From NCBI RefSeq assembly GCF_006345805.1, contig NC_043009.1, forward strand, positions 64,232,001 to 64,296,000: DNA of 64,000 nucleotides. The letters run 5' to 3'. Source of the DNA: Octopus sinensis. Lineage: Eukaryota. The translations under genes were made by a program, and so were the position numbers. How positions within the stretch are numbered: position 1 is the first letter of the stretch; each line of letters begins with the position of its first letter. The notes below the pieces were generated by a model that was not told the DNA's origin, searched no databases, and saw only the letters and a program-made list of their open reading frames with translations. This document shows, one piece after another, positions 52,450 to 64,000 of this stretch.

Positions 52450-55400
52450 GAATGAGAGAGAGAGAGAGAGACAGAGAGAGAGAGGGAGTGGGTGACGAAT
52501 AAACAACTTAAGCGAATTTTACACAAAAGTTTAGGCACAATATATTGTACCTAAACTTTGTGTAGACTACAGCTAAGTCATCAATTCAACAAATAATTAC
52601 TAGCTCTGCTTTTTTATGCGTACACTGCTATATAAGGATACATGTAATTGTTCAAATGCTATACAGAGAATTATGAATCTGTTTTATCGTATGATATGCA
52701 CTCGTATGTTTAATATATATTCAATAATGAACGAATAATATTATTTGATGTAACTAAATATTACCTTTTGCCACAAAGTTTGCGACAATACAGTTAATTC
52801 CGCCAAATACCAAGAAGAGACACAGCGGCTTACGATGACCAAACCACTTAAACATAAAATAGCCGAGAATGGTGGCTGGAATTTCTACGGCTGACATCAA
52901 TAGAAAGTTTAGGTACCGACTGCCAGACATGTCAATGGAATTTAGCGTCACTCCGTAATAAATCATAGCGTTCACAAACCTATAATAAAATGGTAAGATT
53001 TGAAGAATAACTTGGTTAACAGGCAATATTCGACAGCGCTATAATTCAATATATACAAACCGTGGTTTCTATAGCGGTTACTAATAAAAATAGCAAATTC
53101 GTGATGTCCAAATAATTGTATATATTAAGATATTTCCAAAATACTACTATAGAATATTTCAAAGAGTATTTACCATTTGTATATTTAATGTTGAGCATTA
53201 TAAATACATTTACCAGTTAAACCAAAGGTTTATAGAAATCATCGCTCTTCGAGGTTTTTTTAGCAAATCAATTGCTGTATAATAAGTCTTGTCTTTAGTT
53301 TTTCGGTTATTTCCATGGTTTACAGTTTCAATAATTTTGCCGTTAAATTCTGATTTGCTTTCTGCATCTCTTTGAAGTTTCCGAATAAGTTTTATCATAT
53401 CTTCATTGTCTTTTTTATTTGTTCTTGCGATCCTATTAAAGGACTCCTCGGCTCTTTCAAATCTTCCTTCATTAAGAAGCCATCTTGGAGATTCAGGAAG
53501 ATATCTGCCAAGTAAAAACCATTGATAGCGTATAAGATAATAAAGTATTATTACAGAAGTTGAAATAGAAGTTATAAAATATAGTTTGAAGTTACAGAGT
53601 GATATAATTTAGAAGCAATTTAAACATGTAATGCAATCTTCAGGGAAACATTACTTTACATAAATCCGTTTATAATATTACTTACATTGATTATCTCTCA
53701 GTGAACTACGGACAGGTTTAACTGATAAACAGTCAGATTATTATCAAAAACTGAAAAGAGGTACCTACTTCAACGCTATAATGACGAACAGAATGTGTGG
53801 AATAGTTGTAGCGTACAATAGATGATGCCATTTACGAAGTACATATGCCACTCCAGCGAGAATTATTTCTCCAACAGCGAAGAAGGTATGCATAATAAAA
53901 TTCAAATGCGATCGGTACTTTTGGGAGACGCATTCGATCACTGTAAAAAAAAAAAAAAAGAATCATAGTAGAATTTCTTTAAAGAAACTCGCAAACTAGG
54001 CAACATATATGGTTGCATTTCGGATATAACACCCAAAATCTGATTTAGAAATATATTTATCACCCCAGCGTGCATCCAAGACGCCATTTCAAACTCTCAC
54101 AAACATTAAAGAGAGGAACATTCTGAAGCAACCATTCTTGACGTTTGAAGAAATTTGGATGTTCCACCTCTGACGGCTGAGAGTATGGCTTTCATTTCTG
54201 GCCACATTCACTACCGACGACTTAGCTTCTGATTCCAAGCAGATACTTCTTATTAGATCAGCCATACCTTTCTGGAATAACACAGCAGCTCTGCCACCCG
54301 ACCCTGGCTGACTCGAAACTGCATTCACCTCGTATCCGCCCGAAGATGGGCACAAAGACCCACACGTTGGAAATTCTGGTAGTGCTGATAGTCAACCTAT
54401 CTATATCCTAGTAACCTGAGGTCGTTTAAGCAAGTGGTCTTGCTTCGAAGGTGATCTCAGGACTCGTGCATTCAAACACGAAACAAACATGATAAGAACA
54501 ACAATGTTTCAAGCAATTATTAAATTGGTGCTACAAAGCGATACCAACAATTTATGCAAGACACTTTTAATTGAAAGCACAACTCCTAACAGCATACACG
54601 CTGCAAACTCACCTCACAATAAATTAATACAACTCACATAACACAATCTCTACAGAGTTACCAAACAGTATAATAATATAAAACAATTTACACAACATAC
54701 TCTACATAATCACTATTCAATAAAATAACCGATACTCTTAGAATACTGAACACTTCATGATATAACAAATATCATACACCACACAAAACTCATCGCAATA
54801 ATATTCGCCCATTGATATATTACAGCTCACATAATAGATGTTCTATACTGGCGCCACTCAAAAGCTGTAACTCACCCATAGTACACTTTTACAAGACTTA
54901 TTCTACAAAATCATCTCACAGCATTATAACACAATACACATACACACATACACAACACATACGGAATCACCACCCATCATAATACACGATAAATATGCTG
55001 TAATAGGGTGGTTGATACATGGTCGCTAGATCTGTTAAGAAATAGCAGCCAAATCCCATTCATAATATATCATAAAATCCATAATATGGAAAAGACATAA
55101 TACTCCTCAAAAAAGAAAAAAAAAAAAAAAAAACAAAACAAAACTATCTTAGCTGGTATGTCTTCGACTATATTTATGCTCAATTGGAGTCAATGAAGCT
55201 AGGCCTGAATAGCTACAGATAATATATAGAAAAAAAATCAACTAAAATATCTAAAAGATATAATGACTCGCATAGCACATATTCTTCACACCTAACAGAA
55301 AAAATACTAAAGTAACACCGCTAGAAACAATATAAACACCCACAACAAAATATAATAGATATATCATACAATCACAATTCAATACTGACTTATCAAAAGT

Positions 55401-56616
55401 TAATGCCTCACACAATACAGGAAAACGGAGGCCAATATTATGGTGCATTAAAAATGTCACATAAATTAATTTTTGCGTGAATAGAATTATAAAATACTTA
55501 CAGATGGTATATAAAACTATATACGTGCCAGACAATCCAATTCCTTCGGCAAAATAAAAAATGATGAACACAATATAATTTGGTGCGTATATTTTAGCAA
55601 GTGCGCAACATATGAGAAGCGAGTCTGCGACACAAAACGTTTTAAATCTACCGAATCTGGCAAAAAGAAAGAAAAAAAATTAGACGAATAACGAATCTTC
55701 AAGCACTCTCTCCAATATATGTTTAGGTGGAATTCCTATATTCGTCCTCCGTGCATGTTAATTGATAAACTACGTTTCTCCTTTTACGGTTGATCTTAGT
55801 TTATCTATTAAAATGAAGGAACTCGACCACAGCATGTAGCGGAGAGACTGCTAGGAGTATAGCGGAAAGAATGGAGGTTAATCGGAAAGAATATCGCGAT
55901 AAGAAACTTCTACTGATATCCTATTAGCAAACTAAGGAGAAACATGACGGCATGCTGTATAACATAGCATTAAGATAATTTCGATATATCAACATGACAC
56001 AACTTTACGGCAGATGCGGGAAAATTACATTATAAAATGAACGGAAACCGTTTCTTAATAAGAAAAATTACTTGATAGATAGCAACCTCACCATATGGCA
56101 CAACAAAGACTGCAGGCAATATAATATTTATGATTCCCCACGTATAAGTGTGCCTATATCGAAAATCACGGTGTAAATCTAATATTCCAGTATCATCCGG
56201 AGAAAAGAAGACAAAAATTATCATAGACTTATAAGAAGGTATATATACATTGGTGTTAGTGCTAGATTAATAAACATTCACTGGTGTGTTAGTAAACGTA
56301 CATTGATAGATTAGTAAACCCACCTGTTTGATCCATACTCCCCTTAAAATAAGTAAAGCAACTGAACCATACACGCACACACATGCACCGATTCGCATAC
56401 TCACATACACACTGTACAGTTGAAAAGATAAAGGTGCTAAACATAAAACAGATGAAAATATAAAGAAATAAACGTTTTACCATCCACACTTTTCACAAAA
56501 TAGAAATATACACAATCGCGAACGCGTGCACGCACGCACGCACACACACACATACGCATACACACACACACAGACGCACACAACACACACACACATATAC
56601 ACACACACACGCACAT

Positions 56617-56673
<57 letters not shown>

Positions 56674-59600
56674 TTTATAGTATTTATTTTAAATTACATT
56701 CTAAAGTAAATTTTTCATACTTACTTGTCTGACAATACACCAAATAATAAATTTCCCAGCATAAAGCCTGCAAACATTATAGAGAATGCAATGTTTCTCA
56801 TCCAATCTCTGTCGCAAGTCAAATCAAACTTAGAAAAAAAGAAAACAGAGAGAGAATAACTTTTTAAATAATATAATTGGTGAAACACACATAAAATTAT
56901 TTTCAAAAAAGCAGTTAAAAGAGCGTAAAAGTATACAGCGAAAGCACATGGCTCAGTGGTTAGAGCATCGGGTTCGTAATTGTGAGATTATGAGTTCGAT
57001 TTCTTGACCAGGTCGTATGTTATGTTCTTGATCAAAATACTTCATGTTGCTCCAAATGTGTTGTGACGTCACTGGTGCCAAGCTGTATCGGTCTTTGCCT
57101 TTCTCTTGGACAACATCAATGGCATGGAGAGGGGAGACTAGAATGCATAGACCACTGCTGGTCTTCCACAAAATAACCTTGCTCAGACTTGTGTCTCGGA
57201 GGGGGAACTTTCTAGGTACAATCGTGACCGTAGTGGGGTCTTTACTCCTTTTAAGAGTATACAAGTGTAAAGTGGAGGCGCAATGGCCCTGTGGTTAGGG
57301 CAGCGGACTCGCGGTCGTAGGATCGCGGTTTCGATTCCCAGACCGGGCATTGTGAGTGTTTATTGAGCGAAAACACTTAAAGCTCCACGAGGCTCCGGCA
57401 GGGGATGGTGGTGATTCCTGCTGTACTCTTTCACCACAACTTTCTCTCACTCTTACTTCCTGTTTCTGTTGTACCTGTATTTCAAAGGGCCGGTCTTGTC
57501 ACTTTCTGTGTCACGCTGAATATCCCCGAGAACTACGTTAAGGGTACACGTGTCTGTGGAGTGCTCAGCCACTTGCACGTTAATTTCACGAGCAGGCTGT
57601 TCCGTTGATCGGATCAACCGGAACCCTCGTCGTCGTAACCGACGGAGTGCTTCCATAGAAGTGTAGACAATTCAAGATTATCTATGAGTAAGTTCGAACT
57701 TATTCTTATTTCTCGTACTGCGGACAATGAAGCCGTCAAGGTTTCATATCTATACAGAATTAGCATATTGCCTAAATTATTAAATTATTGTGTGTCGTAT
57801 GCAACAACCTAATAAAGACTTCAACTCTTATCAAAACAATCTTGCTGTACACGGTGAAACAACTGAAATATTTCCAAGGAAGGAGAATAGGTTGCTTCTT
57901 AGAGGGTTCCCCACAGTGTCCTAACATTCTCTGTGATGTACATTCGATATTTGCTTCTAGTTTATCTGAGACTTCGCGTGTGACTTGGCATTTATGCCTC
58001 TAAGAACTTTAATATTTTTGATGTCGCTATTTTATCTGAACTCCTGAAATAACTTGCTCTGCAATTTAGAAAGATCCGTTTGGCAACAACAAGTTAGGGT
58101 TGAACGAATGAAAACAACATTGTTGCTTATGTAATCAACTAAATATCAGTTCTTGGATCAACGGTGTATCTTACTAGTTTTACGGTTATATGATTACTAG
58201 AATAATATGTTGTTACCAGTGACGTCAAGTTCCTTACAACCGGACAGCAGACACAGTGGAGGCGCAATGGCCCAATGGTTAGGACAGCGGACTCGCGGTC
58301 GGAGGATCGCGGTTTCGATTCCCAGACCGGGCGTTGTGTGTGTTTATTGAGCGAAAAAACCTAAAGCGGCACGAGGCTCCGGCAGGGGGTAGTGGCGACC
58401 TCTGTTGTACTCTTTCGCTCCAACTTTCTCTCTTTCTTTCTCCCTGTTTCTTGTCCCCGACTTCCTACGCAACCGCTGAGCCTGGATGCGCATTCATCCA
58501 TCCGTCGATGCTTTCGGTGTCGGGAGTTGACCTGCTTACTCTTCTGCGGGTCTTACGAATAGCAAAGGACCATGTTTCGGACTTCTCCCATCTTGCGAGC
58601 TCTAGGACGATGACCGTTCGCTCAACAGCAACAGCAACAGCAGACACAGTCCACTCTTATAATTTTTTCTTACTCTTTGCTGACCAATTACACAAGAATG
58701 AGCATTAGAAATATTGCCTACACTGGCATTAAGGTCGCCAAGTCTGATTACTTCGCGATTTCGACAGTCATTTGAGATAGCAAAACGCTGGTTATCATAA
58801 ATGACGTCTTTCTCAAATTCATTGCTTGATTATCGCTAGATACAAATACTCTTCTGACAATTAAAGCTATTTTTTTAATTAAAAAAGACAATTTAATAAT
58901 ACTTAATCTGTATTTCACAGTTATCATTTTTATCAACTGCTCAAATTTATCTTCATAATTCTTTAAATTTGATGCTACCTGATAATTATCGGGCGTTCAA
59001 TTTTGATTATATTAATAAAACTTCACAAAGAGATAGAATTCACAAATAATTGCGTAAGGGATATAACTCTTGTCAAAAAAAAGATGTGTTGAATTTAGAC
59101 AATTTAGGAGGACGGCGAGTACTGAATGATGCACAATAAAAATTCTCAAAGAGTTGAAATTTGTTGCTTAGTTAAAGAAAGAAAACAAAGCAAAAAAAAA
59201 AAAAAAAAAAAAAACTACGCAATAATTATTAAATAAAAAAAGCAAAAACATTTCTTAATTTCAAATTAAGTATTATTAATTACAGAGAATAATTAAGCTT
59301 CATGTTTATCTGGAAAACTTTTTATCATCTTGAATATCATATTTTCGTCAGCTTTCCTCGGTAAGTGGACATAAGTTTTACATGTAGAAAAAGGGGAAAA
59401 AAGAAGAGAAAACGAGAAGCTTAGCAAGTCAGAATTTATCTGATTACTAATCAGCTGCTTTGTCTAATTTCTGGAGGTTACCTTTTTGGTACTTTTCTTT
59501 TACTCCCTATACTTTTCAACCTTTCATATACGTTTTTGCCTTACAACATTCGATAAAAATCTCATTTATTCTCATAATTCTTCAATTTTTTTATTTTTTT

Positions 59601-62082
59601 ACATCTTGAATAGATTTTTACAAAGATTTTTCTTCTTGTGAATCAGTAAATGGACAATTATCAACGATGCTTTCAAGAATCTTCGAATAGTTAAGACACC
59701 GTTTGTTGGTCATGGAACAATACTTATCTATTTGAGAAACAAAGACATTTGAAACAACCAAATCAGCAACTACTTACCTCAGAAACTATAGTCGACAAAT
59801 CCTCAGTGTAAAACTTTCGACCGTTATTACACGGTTCCTTTGAAGAATTACTGGTGGGAAGGGTATAAAATCCTTCTTTAGTATCCAGGTTATACACAGA
59901 ACATTCCTCCTTTTCAATATTCACTCTATTTAATAATTCATCCAAAGTTACATTTGGTGGGATCATAGATTCATTGAAATTTGACGGATAACAATCAAAG
60001 GGAATCTTCTCTCTTATAAATACCATACTCAATATTGTTTGGGCGTAAAGTATTGCAAATATTGAAATAAAGACAGTAAGTCCCTTTTGAAACAGACCAA
60101 ATCCACCACATTTCTCTAATATTTCCTCTGTAATTTCAGACGTTGGTAAATCTAAAGTTGCTGTAAAGGTAAATAAAAAAAAAATATCAATTCAATAAGG
60201 AATTTCTAAATGTATACCTGTTTCTTTATTACCCACAAGGGGCTAAACACAGAGGGGACAAACAAGGACAGACATAGGTATTAAGTCGATTACATCGACC
60301 CCAGTGCGTAACTGGTACTTAATTTATCGAACCCGAAAGGATGAAAGGCAAAGTCGGACAAAACGGCGGTGGGAGCGGCGTCTCAACGTTTTCCGCCTTC
60401 GTAATTTGAGATGCATTCGGATGGTAGGTGGACCGACCACATCACCAACACCGAAGTCCTCAACCGTGCCAAGATACCAGGTGCGCTCACCGTGCTCCAG
60501 CGGCGTCGTTTGCGCTGGCTCAGTCATGTACATCGCATGGCGGACGGGAGGATCCCCAAAGATCTCCTATATGGGGAATTGACCACAGGCACAAGAACAC
60601 GAGGATAACCGCATCTTCGTTTCAAGGACTACAGATATGAAGTTGCTTGATCTGGACATCTTGAGATTGGTGATCGCCCACGCTGGAGGCAAATACTGCG
60701 AAAGGGGATAAAGCGAAGGAAAGAGAAACAGGAACTTGTCACCAAAGAAAAGCGCTCTCGACGGAGGGAAAAATCAGTAGCGCCGCCGGGAGAGAGCTGC
60801 TTCAAACGCAGTCTCTGTATGCGTGACTGTCACTCCCGTGTGGATCTCTAGAGCCACAGCAGACGCTGCGCTACCATCAGCAGCTGACACAATTTTTTCG
60901 GTTGCAGGTCCATAGTCTCTTGAGACCGACGGATGCCTACCACTACGTCCGCATAATAAAGCTTATGAATTATTAGAATTCGATGTATTGAAGTTCGTAA
61001 CTATTCCAAGTATTGTGGTGAAACACTTGCAGTCGACTGAATGCAGTCCAGAGTATAACTGTCTTCCGACATTGGTTTTTTTCTGAGCACCAGAGGGATC
61101 TAAAACAAAGTCCACTCTAGCGAATGTAAATGTTGTACGCAAGTACGCAAAGTAACGTACTATAATAAGGAATCATTCCAGAATTCTACAGTCTCTGAGT
61201 AGTAATATCTTCAATGTATCATAACGATATAAAGTAAAACATGGAATGACATTGATGATTAAGTGACAAAGATGGTTAATATTCAATCAAGTAAATGAAA
61301 ATGACAAAACAGATTTTATAATATGAGTTCGTATTACGTATGTGCCAGATTACGTTAATAATACACAATTTTTCAATGAATGAGACACATATATTAATTT
61401 AAAGGCGGCGAGCTGGCAGAAACGTTAGCACCCCGGGCGAAATGCATAGCCGTATTTCGTCTGCCGCTACGTTCTGAGTTCAAATTCCGCCGAGGTCGAC
61501 TTTGCCTTTCATCCTTTCGGGGTCGATAAATTAAGTACCAGTTACGCACTGGGATCGATATAATCGACTTAATCCGTTTGTCTGTCCTTGTTTGTCCCTT
61601 CTGTGTTTAGCCCCATGTGGGTAGTAAAGAAATATATATTAATTTAAAAGACGAGATTTGTTTTTTTTCTTGTTACAAATTTAGAAGCATTGCTGCTACG
61701 CTGTAATATCTAATGTGAATATATTATGATGTAAGTAGAAACCCTGCAATCCAATACTATTTGGTTACATTATCATTTCATTGGTATTTATGTTTATAAA
61801 AGCAGTATTATACAGTAGAGAGAAAAAAAGAATGTGTTAGAGAAACTATAAGCAGATGTTGATAAACAGTTGTTTACAATTAAAATAGATTAACTTCAGA
61901 ATTTAATATAATGGGATTATGTAGCACTTTTAAAAATATATAAAATAATACACGTGTATATAAACACACTAAAACTGAGAGAAATGCAGTGAAATAAAAG
62001 AAAAGAAAATATTCAGACCTTTGAGTTCCTGAGAAGCAAATTCCTCGTTTGCTTCTTTCTGATTCTTTGGGTTATTTTCCAT
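45833..62082 (-). CDS. SLC22-family organic ion transporter, gene D, intact, 563 aa, more divergent paralogue convergent with C
   Basis: Minus-strand exons 62082-62019, 60151-59778, 56828-56725, 55656-55502, 53940-53769, 53504-53214, 52979-52765, 49895-49787, 46040-45833 sum to 1692 nt (564 codons). All are GT-AG with the same phases as B and C. Exon 1 is 10 codons longer and exon 6 one codon longer. Confidence 0.92.
46167..46568 (-). mobile_element. SINE family B with 14-bp TSD
   Basis: TATATAATTATATA at 46153-46166 and 46569-46582. Confidence 0.9.
47374..47787 (+). mobile_element. SINE family B
   Basis: Full-length match. It is inverted relative to the 46167 copy about 0.8 kb away. Confidence 0.9.
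48045..48548. mobile_element. Tc1/pogo-type MITE, 504 bp, TA TSD
   Basis: TIRs TA|CAGGTATACCTCACCCTAAG ... CTCAAGTTGAGGTATCCCTG|TA. Confidence 0.75.
48697..48751 (-). mobile_element. 55-bp minimal Helitron (termini only)
   Basis: A|TCTAAATATAAAAGCTACAATTA-GCCGTCA-GTTT-TGACGGC-ACGGGGTCAG-TTAG|T. Confidence 0.65.
49339..49572 (+). mobile_element. SINE family A, full length, 16-bp TSD
   Basis: TATTATTAACTTTGAA at 49323-49338 and 49573-49588. Confidence 0.92.
50304..50695 (-). mobile_element. tRNA-headed SINE family C, full length, 11-bp TSD, (TCCA)n tail
   Basis: A-box TGGCCCAGTGG and B-box GGTTTCGATTCC. TSD TCTGTTTAGGT at 50293-50303 and 50696-50706. Confidence 0.9.
51608..51822. repeat. Inverted repeat with ~75-bp arms at the end of a (TA)n-flanked element (~51265-51822)
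   Basis: GGGTAATAAGAAATTATTATTACCAGTGGCCTAGCACAAAAACGAATTAGT and its reverse complement. The spacer is itself inverted relative to 51290-51325. Confidence 0.75.
52134..52413. mobile_element. (TA)n-flanked element containing a perfect 206-bp palindrome (52206-52411) with a hammerhead on each strand
   Basis: The centre is AA|TT at 52308/52309 and the arms are identical, which explains the identical ORFs on both strands in the ORF track. Confidence 0.9.
52336..52387 (+). ncRNA. Minimal type I hammerhead ribozyme (mirror copy 52281-52230 on the minus strand)
   Basis: GCAAAAACTGT / CTGATGA (52347-52353) / ACG-GCAA-CGA / GAA / ACTC-A-GAGT / A17 (GUA, cut 52376|52377) / ACAGATTTTGT. Confidence 0.75.
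54070..54470 (-). mobile_element. Degraded L1/Tx1-type apurinic endonuclease domain fragment
   Basis: CLNARVLRSPSKQDHLL... and GYEVNAVSSQPGSGGRAAVLFQKG resemble the N-terminus of a LINE endonuclease. The frame is shifted. Confidence 0.6.
56940..57243 (+). mobile_element. SINE family D, degraded
   Basis: Homologous to 11514-11858. Confidence 0.75.
57272..57655 (+). mobile_element. SINE family C, full length
   Basis: Reverse complement of the 50304 copy. Confidence 0.9.
58256..58636 (+). mobile_element. SINE with the family-C head but a different 3' half and a (CAACAG)n tail
   Basis: The head is shared to ~58445. TSD ACAGCAGACACAGT at 58244-58257 and 58637-58650. Confidence 0.8.
60212..60356 (-). 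mobile_element. SINE-A 3' half abutting an RTE fragment
   Basis: The match stops at ...GGCAAAGTCG. Confidence 0.8.
60357..60946 (+). mobile_element. 5'-truncated RTE-clade LINE (post-RT C-terminus plus 3' UTR), antisense in gene D intron 1
   Basis: RWTDHITNTEVLNRAKIPG..TVLQRRRLRWLSHVHRMADGRIPKDLLYGEL; 3' end CCATAGTCTCTTGAGACCGACGGATGCC. Confidence 0.88.
61404..61633 (+). mobile_element. SINE family A, full length, 15-bp TSD
   Basis: ATATATTAATTTAAA at 61389-61403 and 61634-61648. Confidence 0.92.
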
Positions 62083-62200
62083 GTTACAGACAGTAGCTTT
62101 CCAATTACTAACCTCACTGCACGGTGGCACCGAGAGAAATGTCTATGAAAAATAGTGTGTAGCAAATAACAGCGTTTCACTATAAGAGATAAAATGACGT
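62083..62200 (-). promoter_or_regulatory. Conserved non-coding segment upstream of the start codon (5' UTR or core promoter), homologous to 9570-9692 and 26050-26180
   Basis: CGCTGTTA..TGCTAC, ATTTC.CTC.G and T.TCT.TAAC blocks align between B, D and, more weakly, C. The function is inferred. Confidence 0.5.
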
Positions 62201-62216
62201 TTTAAAATATTGTATA

Positions 62217-63222
62217 CGAGATGCATTCCAGAAGTTTTGAGACTTTTGTTTTTAGAAGTGGTAGTTATTATATCTGTCCTAGCTTGTAATTTTAATATAT
62301 TCTGACTCTAAAAAGGTTACAGCTAATAAGGTTACCTGCCGATTTTAGTTATTCCAGTTTGAATGAGACGGTTCTAACAGCACGTCCACCACGCCCTAAC
62401 TAGACACTGCTTGTCACAGCTGACCAGTTGGTAGAATGCAGTCGGAGCGTGAAAGCCATTTGGAAGCTCACTATGCAGTGAAGTTTCGTGTTAAACTTGG
62501 CAAAAAACGCTACTGAAACTTATGAAATGCCCCAGACTGGCCATTGATTAACTTCAATGAGTCAAGGAGCATGTTTTATGCTAGCACAAGAGGCCAGGCA
62601 CAGCAAATTCATGGGGATCCCCTTTTCCGATAGAAAGGATATCGCCTACATCTGCTGGGCTCACTCAGACCAGACGGTCAACAAAGGGTATTTTGTGGAA
62701 TTTTTGAGAGATTTAATGCCATTCATCCTCTAAGGATCGATAAGAACCAAAAATTCCAATAGAAAGCGGATTAGTAAAACTAAAGGAACAACGGATCGTA
62801 TACCTAACAATATCTGTTACGTCTCTTGAGCCAAGTTATTAGGTTGTCATGGATGTGATTTCATCGCAAAAGGTCAGAGCACCTGAACCAGGACAATGCA
62901 CCAGTCTACAATTCCATCTTGGTAACCAACTGTTTAACAGAGATAGGCACCAAAACTGACCCTCACACTCCCTGCAGTTCGGAACTTGTTCTTTGTGACT
63001 TTTGGTTGTTTCTCAAGCTGGAGAATACGACGGAGGCGGTGACAAATGTCCTGGGACATCTTCACTTTAGAAGGCGTCCATGGGGCCTTCATAAAGGGGC
63101 TGGAGCGCTACAACAAGTGCATTGAACTCAGAGGACCTTACTTTTGAGGAGATCAGAGTTTTGTGCTTCTTAGAAATTAATGCCTCTCCCGAAAAAGTCT
63201 GAAAGTTCTGTAATGCATCTAG
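62217..63222 (+). mobile_element. Internally deleted mariner with both TIRs and TA TSD
   Basis: TA|CGAGATGCATTCCAGAAGTTTTGAGACTTTT ... AAAAGTCTGAAAGTTCTGTAATGCATCTAG|TA. Relics: HYAVKFRVKLGK, HLNQDNAPVY, CDFWLFLKL, YNKCIELRG. Confidence 0.88.
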
Positions 63223-63272
63223 TATGTTTATGTATTTACAGGATGTACCACAAAAATGTATACAAAAATGTA

Positions 63273-63676
63273 GGCGCAGGAGTGGCTGTGTGGTAAGTAG
63301 CTTGCTAACCAACCACATGGTTCCGGGTTCAGTCCCACTGCGTGGCATCTTGGGCAAGTGTCTTCTGCTATAGCCCCGGACCGACCAATGCCTTGTGAGT
63401 GGATTTGGTAGACGGAAACCGAAAGAAGCCTGTCGTATATATGTATATATATACATGTATGTGTGTGTGATTGTGTGTGCGTGTTTCTCCCCCTAGCATT
63501 GCTTGACAACCGATGCTGGTGTGTTTACGTCCCCGTCACTTAGCGGTTCGGCAAAAGAGACCGATAGAATAAGTCCTGGGCTTACAAAAAGAATAAGTCC
63601 CGGGGTCGAGTTGCTCGACTAAAGGCGGTGCTCCAGCATGGCCGCAGTCAAATGACTGAAACAAAGTAAAAGAGTA
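63273..63676 (+). mobile_element. SINE family B
   Basis: Full-length match. Confidence 0.9.
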
Positions 63677-64000
63677 AACATTGAACAATTATAAAGACAA
63701 TCTATACTAAAATACATTTCATTTTCAAAAATTGCATAGAACCTACCGACAGAATTTGATTATTTTATGAACTCCCTACTTTTCTTCTTACTTTTCCTAC
63801 TTTGCGGGGCTCATCGATGCCTGTGGTGTTCCGAAACGTTTCTTTCGGACATTCTCAACAGTTCCCTCTGCTTCAAACTTATCCCTAATTCCAATGTTGG
63901 TCAGTCACGCAAATTAAATCTATATGAAACTTTCCATAGACTCTCTTCGACAATATTTTCAAGCATTCAGTAAATTTCATTAGTTCAAATGTTAGCTTGA

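Noticed and set aside
52001-52502. Identical ORFs on both strands (MPFIRQFLLEW...)
   Set aside because: A direct consequence of the perfect palindrome.
55765-55812. CTAAGA...GAAACGTAGTT on the minus strand
   Set aside because: G5 is missing and stem II has only 2 bp.
58563-58600. GGA-GAAG-TCC-GAAACATGGTC inside the SINE variant, and AGTC-AAAT-GACT-GAAACAAGTA in SINE-B tails
   Set aside because: The 3' half resembles a hammerhead but the CUGANGA core is absent.

Overview
AT-rich, microsatellite-dense eukaryotic genomic DNA. The SINE and repeat landscape looks like an octopus (cephalopod) genome; this is recognition from memory, not a database result. The window holds a tandem cluster of four spliced SLC22-family (MFS organic ion transporter) genes. 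Gene A shows only its last two exons (+). Genes B (+, 9 coding exons, 552 aa) and C (+, 9 coding exons, 552 aa) are intact and lie in a ~19-kb tandem segmental duplication. Gene D (-, 9 coding exons, 563 aa) is intact and convergent with C. All exons were placed by hand from GT-AG sites, consistent phases and paralogue alignment. Introns and spacers are packed with four tRNA-headed SINE families, Tc1/mariner relics, MITEs, Helitron-type elements, and Tx1/L1, RTE and R4/NeSL-like LINE fragments. The most unusual signal is a set of mostly (TA)n-flanked, often palindromic non-coding elements that carry type I hammerhead ribozyme folds, like those of Penelope-like elements and retrozymes. One is fully canonical (13.9 kb). 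Three have an intact core but share an A10.1-A11.1 mismatch (12.7, 33.7 and 52.3 kb; the last sits in a perfect 206-bp palindrome). One is a candidate non-canonical G3-C8 swapped variant about 210 bp upstream of gene C (25.8 kb). All folds were paired by eye; no activity is demonstrated.
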